Assembly (NCBI GenBank): GCA_902772895.1
Contig: CACYCN010000122.1
Location: 1 to 40,802 of the forward strand
Direction of reading: 5' to 3'
DNA length: 40,802 nucleotides
Origin: an uncultured Ruminococcus sp.
GTDB lineage: Bacteria; Bacillota; Clostridia; Oscillospirales; Acutalibacteraceae
Shown: in pieces, positions 16,183-22,203 of the stretch
Position numbering within the stretch: position 1 is the first letter of the stretch
Layout of the letters: every line of letters starts with the position of its first letter
The notes under the pieces: model-generated
What the model was told of the DNA's origin: nothing
The model's database searches: none
The model's input: only the letters and a program-made list of their open reading frames with translations
Program-made: the position numbers and the translations under genes

Positions 16183-17184
16183 ATGTATTTATGTCTGTCG
16201 TGTATGAATGAAATACCGGAGCAGGGGAGAGATGTGTGTCCGTTATGCGGATTCTCTGCCAGCAGTTATCATGTTCCCATGCACTGGCTGGAAGCCGGTT
16301 CTTTGCTGAACCAGCGCTATTATATCGGTAAGGCCCTGAGAACGGATGATTACGGTATTTCTTATAACGCTTATGACGTGGTGATGCAGCGCAGAGTGGT
16401 GATCCGGCAGCTGATGGTGCGCAGCCGGATGCCCAGTGATATCACGATGCTCAGACGGGATGAACCGTTCTTTACGCTGCAGCATGCCGAAAGCTTTTAT
16501 CAGACGTATCGGGAAGAGGCGGATGTGGAGATTTCTTCTCTCCCCAGAATCTATACCTATGGCAGATGCGGGAATGTGCTGTATGCCGTAGAAGAATTTA
16601 TTCCCGGAGCAACACTGGCTCAGTATGTGAAAGACAGCGGCGCCAAGAGCTTTGACGGAACCAAAAAACTGCTGCTGCCGGTGATCATTGCCCTGAAACT
16701 GCTGCAAAGCAGAGGGGTGCATCACGGCAATCTTACCCCGGATCGGATCATCAAAACCGATAAATCCTGTGTGCTGGTAGATCTGACGGGTGTGGATACA
16801 ACGGCGGACGATAAAAACCGGGATCAAGCTGCCCTGACTCCCGAACAAAAGGATGTCAGACATTTCCTGCGGATCTTCCTGTCCGTGCTTTACGGCAGTG
16901 AAACTATGGTGGATGCGGCAATTATCAATGAGGAATTCTTTGACAGAACGGAACCGTATCTTCCGGAAGATGCCAAACAGTATATCTATCAGGCGTTCCA
17001 TCCGGAAGAGCAACAAACCGATATCTCTATACAGGGTGTGCTGAATGTGATTTTTAAATGCGGCGAGATCGCGGTAGGAAAAAAGAACCAGCCGATTCAG
17101 GCAATACCGCCGAAATTCCTGACCGATGCCGCAGAAGCTTCCGGTATGGCGGTTGATAAAATCATCACATCCGTTACCGGCTGA
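16183..17184 (+). CDS. Zinc-ribbon pseudokinase (kinase-like fold with catalytic motifs lost)
   Basis: Same N-terminal layout as the kinase (MYLCLSCMNEIPEQGRDVCPLCG...LNQRYYIGKAL). The G-loop is absent (LRTDDYGISY). The beta3 Lys is Arg (VVIRQL). HRDxxPxN reads HHGNLTPDR. DFG reads DLTG. Start set at the ATG at 16183. Confidence 0.7.
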   Translation: MYLCLSCMNEIPEQGRDVCPLCGFSASSYHVPMHWLEAGSLLNQRYYIGKALRTDDYGISYNAYDVVMQRRVVIRQLMVRSRMPSDITMLRRDEPFFTLQHAESFYQTYREEADVEISSLPRIYTYGRCGNVLYAVEEFIPGATLAQYVKDSGAKSFDGTKKLLLPVIIALKLLQSRGVHHGNLTPDRIIKTDKSCVLVDLTGVDTTADDKNRDQAALTPEQKDVRHFLRIFLSVLYGSETMVDAAIINEEFFDRTEPYLPEDAKQYIYQAFHPEEQQTDISIQGVLNVIFKCGEIAVGKKNQPIQAIPPKFLTDAAEASGMAVDKIITSVTG

Positions 17185-17299
17185 TTCTTCACAAAATGCT
17201 GCTGCCCTCTCTCTTCGGTTTGCCTCTGAAGCGGAAATCGCCGGTGATAGGACGGCTTGTGTCAATTTTTACATTTTTTCCGTTAAAACATACATTGTT

Positions 17300-17328
17300 T
17301 TGACATTTGTTGCTTTATTTGGTATAAT
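17300..17328 (+). promoter_or_regulatory. Consensus promoter TTGACA-17-TATAAT heading the duplicated Zn-FHA / TM-FHA sub-operon
   Basis: ttgaca at 17300-17305 and tataat at 17323-17328. AAAGGAG RBS precedes the ATG at 17386. Confidence 0.65.
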
Positions 17329-17385
17329 AATCTCAAGTTAACTGGAAGAATTCCAACAGTAATTTTTTGAAAAGGAGTTTTTGAT

Positions 17386-18468
17386 ATGACAAAAAGATGT
17401 GTAAACGGTCACTATTATGACGGTGACAAATTCGCCATGTGTCCGTACTGCGGAGCCGGTGATATGGACGGAAATGTCGATAACGGCGAAGCTACCATCC
17501 CGGTATTCCAGGGAGAAGATATCTTCTCTTCCTCGGGCAATACACCGACTGCCTCCAATTATGATGATGCCGGTGATATGGCTACCGTGATGTTGGACCA
17601 GCCGCCGATCGGAGGAAATGATCCCGGTTTCGGAGGCGTTGAATACAGTCCTTTAATGTCTGCACCTATGGCGCAGGATCCGGATGCGACCGTTTCAATG
17701 GGCTCCGGCTCCGGTATTACCGAAGCGATTCAGGGCGTTCCCATGGATTTCGGGATGGGCCAGTCCACCATGGCAAATCAGGATGAAATGGAAGAACTCA
17801 GAAAACAAAAGGAAGAACTGAGAAAACAAAAGGAAGAACTGGAAAAAGCCAGAATGGAAGCGGAAAATGCCAGGGCAGAAGCGGAAAGACTCAAACAGGA
17901 GGCGGAGGAAGCCAAACGTCAGGCTGCCGCTCAGCAGATGCCCACTCAGCAACCCGTTCCGCCGGCACCGCCTGCGGCTCCGATACCTACGGCGCCTCCC
18001 GCTTCATCAGGTCCTGTCAACTACGGCGATCTGCTGAATGATGCCAAGAATAATAAGGCTGCGGCTGCGGATGATGAAAAAACCGTTCGTCTGATGCCGA
18101 GCGGTAATCTGTCTACCGAGCCTATCGTCGGTTGGCTGATCGGTGTCAACGGTCCGTATTACGGCGAATGTTTTGAATTGAAGAACGGGAAGAACTTTAT
18201 CGGAAGAGATTCTTCCATGGACGTTGTTCTGGGCGGAGATAATTCCGTTTCCCGTATCCGTCATGCGGTGGTTCTGTATGAGCCCCATGAAAGAATTTTT
18301 ATCGCTCAGCCCGGTGAGTCAAGAGAACTGTTCTATATCAATGACCGTGTGGTTCTGAAAAACGAACAGCTCAAACCCTATGATATCATCTTAGTGGGAT
18401 CAACCAAGTTGGTGTTCTTCCCGCTTTGCGGCAGTAAGTTCTCATGGGAAGATCTGAAGGAGGAATGA
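17386..18468 (+). CDS. Zinc-ribbon + disordered/coiled-coil linker + FHA protein (Zn-FHA paralog B)
   Basis: RCVNGHYYDGDKFAMCPYCG. Charged heptad-like segment EELRKQKEELRKQKEELEKARMEAENARAEAERLKQEAEEAKRQ. Pro-rich stretch. FHA-like GWLIGVNG...NFIGRDSSMDVVLGGDNSVSRIRHAVVLY...AQPGESRELFYINDRVV. Tail FFPLCGSKFSWEDL. Confidence 0.8.
   Translation: MTKRCVNGHYYDGDKFAMCPYCGAGDMDGNVDNGEATIPVFQGEDIFSSSGNTPTASNYDDAGDMATVMLDQPPIGGNDPGFGGVEYSPLMSAPMAQDPDATVSMGSGSGITEAIQGVPMDFGMGQSTMANQDEMEELRKQKEELRKQKEELEKARMEAENARAEAERLKQEAEEAKRQAAAQQMPTQQPVPPAPPAAPIPTAPPASSGPVNYGDLLNDAKNNKAAAADDEKTVRLMPSGNLSTEPIVGWLIGVNGPYYGECFELKNGKNFIGRDSSMDVVLGGDNSVSRIRHAVVLYEPHERIFIAQPGESRELFYINDRVVLKNEQLKPYDIILVGSTKLVFFPLCGSKFSWEDLKEE
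17791..17842 (+). repeat. In-frame 21-nt tandem repeat (about 2.5 units, EELRKQK) inside Zn-FHA paralog B
   Basis: gaagaactcagaaaacaaaag / gaagaactgagaaaacaaaag / gaagaactgg. Confidence 0.9.
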
Positions 18469-18471
18469 TCC

Positions 18472-19743
18472 ATGAATTATCCAGTCAATAGCAGTCCTGC
18501 GCCGGCGCAGGCACCTCCCACCAAGTCGGTCAAAGCTCTCGTGGCAATGATCGGTGCAATTGTATGCGCAGCGGCAGCTGTCGGTATGATGTTTTTGCCG
18601 TTGGTTACGATCAATAACGGAATCGGTGATTCCGTTACGATCAGTATGTTTGAATACTCCTCTCTCACCACACTGACAACGGCTGACGGGTTCAATCTTC
18701 AGAAAGACGGCGTATTTTCTATGATCGCTACGGTTCTGATGATTTTCCTGGCAGTAGTGCTGGTTGTCGTGGCCGTTTGTAAGATCCTGAGTAAAGTCAA
18801 GGCTTGCCGTATTATCAGCCTGATCGTTTCGATCCTGGGTGTTCTGGGCGGACTGGCCGTTCTGCTTTACGGTTTACTGTTCGGTTCTTTGGTTGTGGTC
18901 GCTTCTTCTCTGGGCGGTTCCGGTTCGATGGGCGTTGCGCCTTTCCTGACACCGGTGTTTACGATCGGTACAATGGTGTTCTGTATTATTGATATGACGG
19001 CTCACAGAGCGGCTCCCGGCGCTCCGTATGCCTTCCCGGCAGATCCGGCTGCTCAGCCGATGCCTGCGATGAATTCCATGCAGCCTCCGATGCCTGCAAT
19101 GGATCCCATGCAGCAGCCCATGCCCGCTCTGGACCCCATGCCGCAGCCCATGCCTGCGATGGATTCTATGCAGCCTCCTATGCCTGCGATGGATCCCATG
19201 CAGCAGCCCATGCCCGCAATGGATCCTATGCAGCCTCCTATGCCCCCGATGGATCCGGTACAGTCGGCGCCTCCTATGGATCCCATTAACTTTGAAGCCA
19301 ATCAGGTTCCTGTGGTTCCCCCGACACCGCTGGGTGATTTCCAGGTGGATCCGCTCGCTTCTACCATTCCTGTTTTTGGCAGTCAGAATGCCGACTTTGA
19401 TCCTGACGATCCGCCCACAACCGTTCAGGAAGGCGGTCTGGTTGGTATCAGCGGCGATTATCAGGGCGCCGATATTCCGATGCGTTCCGGTGAGAAGATT
19501 CTGATCGGTCGTGACGCTTCGGTTTGTAATCTGGTGATCGGCGCGGAAACCAAGGATATCAGCCGTACACATTGTTCTGTCAAGTATGACGCTTATATCA
19601 ACTGCTATAAGGTCATTGATATGTCCTCTAACGGTACCTTTGTGAATGGTCAGCAGCTTCCCAAAAATCAGGAAGCACAGCTCCCTGCCGGAACAATTAT
19701 TTCTCTCGGTAAGGGCGCCAATAAGTTTAAACTCAAGGGTTGA
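18472..19743 (+). CDS. Polytopic membrane protein (about 4 TM) + Pro/Met-rich decapeptide repeats + C-terminal FHA (TM-FHA paralog 1)
   Basis: TM helices in the first 170 aa. Repeat tract PMPAMDPMQQ x7. Canonical FHA ILIGRDASVCNLVIGAETKDISRTHCSVKY...SSNGTFVNGQQL. Starts 4 nt after the upstream stop. Confidence 0.8.
   Translation: MNYPVNSSPAPAQAPPTKSVKALVAMIGAIVCAAAAVGMMFLPLVTINNGIGDSVTISMFEYSSLTTLTTADGFNLQKDGVFSMIATVLMIFLAVVLVVVAVCKILSKVKACRIISLIVSILGVLGGLAVLLYGLLFGSLVVVASSLGGSGSMGVAPFLTPVFTIGTMVFCIIDMTAHRAAPGAPYAFPADPAAQPMPAMNSMQPPMPAMDPMQQPMPALDPMPQPMPAMDSMQPPMPAMDPMQQPMPAMDPMQPPMPPMDPVQSAPPMDPINFEANQVPVVPPTPLGDFQVDPLASTIPVFGSQNADFDPDDPPTTVQEGGLVGISGDYQGADIPMRSGEKILIGRDASVCNLVIGAETKDISRTHCSVKYDAYINCYKVIDMSSNGTFVNGQQLPKNQEAQLPAGTIISLGKGANKFKLKG
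19057..19284 (+). repeat. 30-nt in-frame tandem repeat, about 7.5 units, encoding P-M-P-A-M-(D/N)-(P/S)-M-(Q/P)-(Q/P)
   Basis: Units begin at 19057, 19087, 19117, 19147, 19177, 19207 and 19237, with a partial unit at 19267. The units differ mainly at synonymous or near-synonymous positions. Confidence 0.95.
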
Positions 19744-19895
19744 TCTGATAATCAGACAGGCGGTCCGTATCGGTGCGGTGAAGTGTACGGAAACGGATCC
19801 GCTGCCCTTTGATACACAACATTCATTACCTGACGGCTTGATCTGTCAGCGGATCGGATCCGATCTGATGTAACATTGATAAAAGGAGAATTATT

Positions 19896-20579
19896 ATGAT
19901 AAATACGGTAAGATGCCCAAACAATCATTTTTATGATGCATCCAGATTTCAGGTTTGCCCGTACTGCGGAGCTGCGCCGGGCGTGGCTGCTCCCCAAACA
20001 CAGCCGCAAATGTATCCCCCTGTACAACCGTCACAATCTCCGCAGTCGGTAAATCATATGCCCCCTCAGAATCCCGTTTCACAGCCGGCAATGCCTTCCG
20101 CTCAGCCGGTTATGGTTACGCAGCCCTTCCCCGGTCAGCCCGCCGCTCCTTCCGCCAATACCGCCAATATCTTCCAGCAGTTTACCCAGAGTAACTCTAC
20201 GACCCAGTCTTCGGACAGCAATAAGCAGCCTACGGTAGGTTGGCTGGTTTGTATCGGCGGTTCTTCAAAGGGTAAGTCCTTTGCCATCAGAGAGAACAGA
20301 AACTTTATCGGTCGTTCTCCGTCGATGGATATCGCTATTGTCGATGATAACTCGATTTCGAGAGAAAAACACGGCATTATTACCTATGTTCCCAAACAGA
20401 GATTCTTCCTGGCACAACCCGGTGAATCAAGAGAACTGTTCTATGTCAATGATAAGGTCGTTCTGGATAATGTGGAACTGAGTGCCTATGATAAACTGGA
20501 AATTGGTAAGTCTACATTCCTGTTTGTTCCGCTGTGTGGTTCCGAATTCTCCTGGGATGACTACAGCAGGGATGAATAA
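19896..20579 (+). CDS. Zinc-ribbon + Pro/Gln-rich linker + FHA protein (Zn-FHA paralog C)
   Basis: RCPNNHFYDASRFQVCPYCG. FHA-like GWLVCIGG...NFIGRSPSMDIAIVDDNSISREKHGIITY...AQPGESRELFYVNDKVV. Tail FVPLCGSEFSWDDY. Clearly paralogous to 17386-18468. Confidence 0.8.
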   Translation: MINTVRCPNNHFYDASRFQVCPYCGAAPGVAAPQTQPQMYPPVQPSQSPQSVNHMPPQNPVSQPAMPSAQPVMVTQPFPGQPAAPSANTANIFQQFTQSNSTTQSSDSNKQPTVGWLVCIGGSSKGKSFAIRENRNFIGRSPSMDIAIVDDNSISREKHGIITYVPKQRFFLAQPGESRELFYVNDKVVLDNVELSAYDKLEIGKSTFLFVPLCGSEFSWDDYSRDE

Positions 20580-20581
20580 TC

Positions 20582-21667
20582 ATGAAAAAAGCAATATTAA
20601 TTATTTTCCGGATTCTGATCCCGCTGCTTTGCGCTGCGTCAGCGGCTGCGTTTTTCCTTCCGTCTATCGTTCTGGACTTTGCAAAGGAAGACAGTGAGAG
20701 TATTGAAAAATATGTCGATGACTATCGTGACGCAGAAGAATCTAAAAAAGCATCCTATGAAATGGGCGGTAAGTCGGATGTCATGATTTCCATTGAAGAC
20801 AGCCGGATCTCCGTCGCTGACGTCATTGTGATCCATTCCAAGACAGACGGTAATGAACAGATCGAAAATGCTTCACAGTCTGTCGATATCATTTATAATG
20901 GTATTACAACCACCGTCAATGATAATTATGTCCTGATCTTCATTCTGATTGCGGTTTCCGTGATTTTCCTGCTGGGATCCATGATCTTTTCCGCAATTGG
21001 CGGCAATAAGTATTTCAGTATTTTTGCCATGATCTTTTGCGGGGTTTTCATGGCGGTCAACGGTGCGCTGGCTGCCATTATCCAGACGGTTCTGATTCCG
21101 GCTCTGGATGAGAAAGACCGGATCGGGGCATCCGCTTCTCCGATGCTGTATGCCCTTGTCGCTGCTGCCGCACTGGCTATGGTGCTGGCTATCCTTCGTA
21201 TGATCGTGGAACGGCTTCCGGATCGGAAAAAAGTAAATGTTGCCGTTTCTTCCGGCGATATGGAACAGACGCTTGCAGTGAATCCGAGAACGTATCTCAA
21301 TCAGTCAACGGTCCGTGCGTATCAGCCGCTTGCGCCTCAGCCTGAAGTTAAGCCGGTGATTACCTGTCTGGCAGGAACCTGTCAGGGAATGGACGTTCCG
21401 ATTGAGAATAACGAGACAATTATCATCGGTCGGGAAGCGTCGGTTTGTAATATTATCGCTAAAAATGCGAAGGTCAGCCGTCAGCATTGTTCGGTTTCAT
21501 ATGATCGGAAAAGAAATTCGTATATTGTAACAGATATGTCGCATAACGGCACGTTCCTGGATAACGGAACCAGATTGCTTAAGGATCATCCTAATCTCCT
21601 GCCTGCCGGCAGTGTGATCTATCTGATGGACAGAGAAAATATGTTCCGGTTGGGAGAAAAATCCTGA
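20582..21667 (+). CDS. Polytopic membrane protein with C-terminal FHA (TM-FHA paralog 2)
   Basis: N-terminal TM, about 100-aa exposed segment, 3-4 further TM helices. Canonical FHA IIIGREASVCNIIAKNAKVSRQHCSVSY...SHNGTFLDNG. Starts 3 nt after the upstream stop. Confidence 0.8.
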   Translation: MKKAILIIFRILIPLLCAASAAAFFLPSIVLDFAKEDSESIEKYVDDYRDAEESKKASYEMGGKSDVMISIEDSRISVADVIVIHSKTDGNEQIENASQSVDIIYNGITTTVNDNYVLIFILIAVSVIFLLGSMIFSAIGGNKYFSIFAMIFCGVFMAVNGALAAIIQTVLIPALDEKDRIGASASPMLYALVAAAALAMVLAILRMIVERLPDRKKVNVAVSSGDMEQTLAVNPRTYLNQSTVRAYQPLAPQPEVKPVITCLAGTCQGMDVPIENNETIIIGREASVCNIIAKNAKVSRQHCSVSYDRKRNSYIVTDMSHNGTFLDNGTRLLKDHPNLLPAGSVIYLMDRENMFRLGEKS

Positions 21668-21670
21668 CCG

Positions 21671-21727
21671 GTTCTCTCCGGATTGCCGGAGGGAACAAAC
21701 GGTATTCCCGGTTTCCGGGAATTTTAT
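21671..21727 (+). terminator. Two consecutive hairpins ending the FHA island; the second carries a T-tract
   Basis: Hairpin A is gttctctccgg / ccggagggaac (21671-21696, one G-U-type mismatch). Hairpin B is attcccgg / ccgggaat (21704-22), followed by tttta. Confidence 0.6.
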
Positions 21728-21742
21728 GAAGATGATTTCGAC

Positions 21743-21793
21743 ATATTTAAGACAATGTCAGGTGAAGGGCTTGTTTGACATTGTCTTAAATAT
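21743..21793. repeat. Perfect 18-bp inverted repeat with a 15-nt spacer in the 536-bp non-coding gap
   Basis: atatttaagacaatgtca (21743-21760) / tgacattgtcttaaatat (21776-21793), followed by tttatt. Confidence 0.9.
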
Positions 21794-21988
21794 TTTATTC
21801 GGTAACTTTTGCGGCAGTGTTTCGTGCGCCTCCGGAATAAACAGCACAAAATAACATCTCTTTTCCTCCGGAAACGGCAGGGAAATCAATTTTCAGAAAA
21901 TAAACCGTTGCCGCAACATATTTTCACAAATAGAACAACCGGTTTGTGAAAAAGCAAATGCAAAATCAGCTTTTTTAGGAAGGGAGTT

Positions 21989-22031
21989 CGGGGGATAACC
22001 CTTTTTTCACTTGAAAAAAGGGTTTCCCCCG
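21989..22031. repeat. Second long hairpin (about 18 bp, one bulge) in the same gap
   Basis: cgggggataaccctttttt / aaaaaagggtttcccccg with loop cacttg. The A/T runs lie inside the stem. Confidence 0.7.
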
Positions 22032-22079
22032 AGAAAATGCCGGAAAAAATTGATTTCCGTGCGGAAACGGATGTTGCCC

Positions 22080-22108
22080 TTTACAAGTGGATGAAAACAG
22101 GGTATAAT
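22080..22108 (+). promoter_or_regulatory. Promoter TTTACA-17-TATAAT for the zinc-ribbon/TM/acidic protein gene
   Basis: tttaca at 22080-22085 and tataat at 22103-22108. Confidence 0.6.
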
Positions 22109-22203
22109 GAACAAGAAGACGAGGATGCACAGTTGACTTTTTGTGAATGTGACGGCATTGTCGTCCCAAATGAGAAACATGTAGTTAAAGGACGTGTTGA
22201 CAG

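Noticed and set aside
16243-17265. 340-aa ORF antisense to the pseudokinase gene; similar long antisense ORFs at 7293-7997, 15188-15880, 18874-19572, 28251-29003 and 31654-32553
   Set aside because: These are mirror-frame ORFs opposite confidently assigned genes. Their composition is skewed (Arg/His/Ile-rich, or repeats that are the reverse complement of the Pro/Met repeats). They have no RBS and no family motifs.
21726-21842. 38-codon ATG ORF (MKMISTYLRQCQVKGLFDIVLNILFGNFCGSVSCAPPE) in the large intergenic gap
   Set aside because: It has no Shine-Dalgarno sequence. The ORF is largely made of the two arms of the 18-bp inverted repeat. It is more likely a structural RNA or DNA element.
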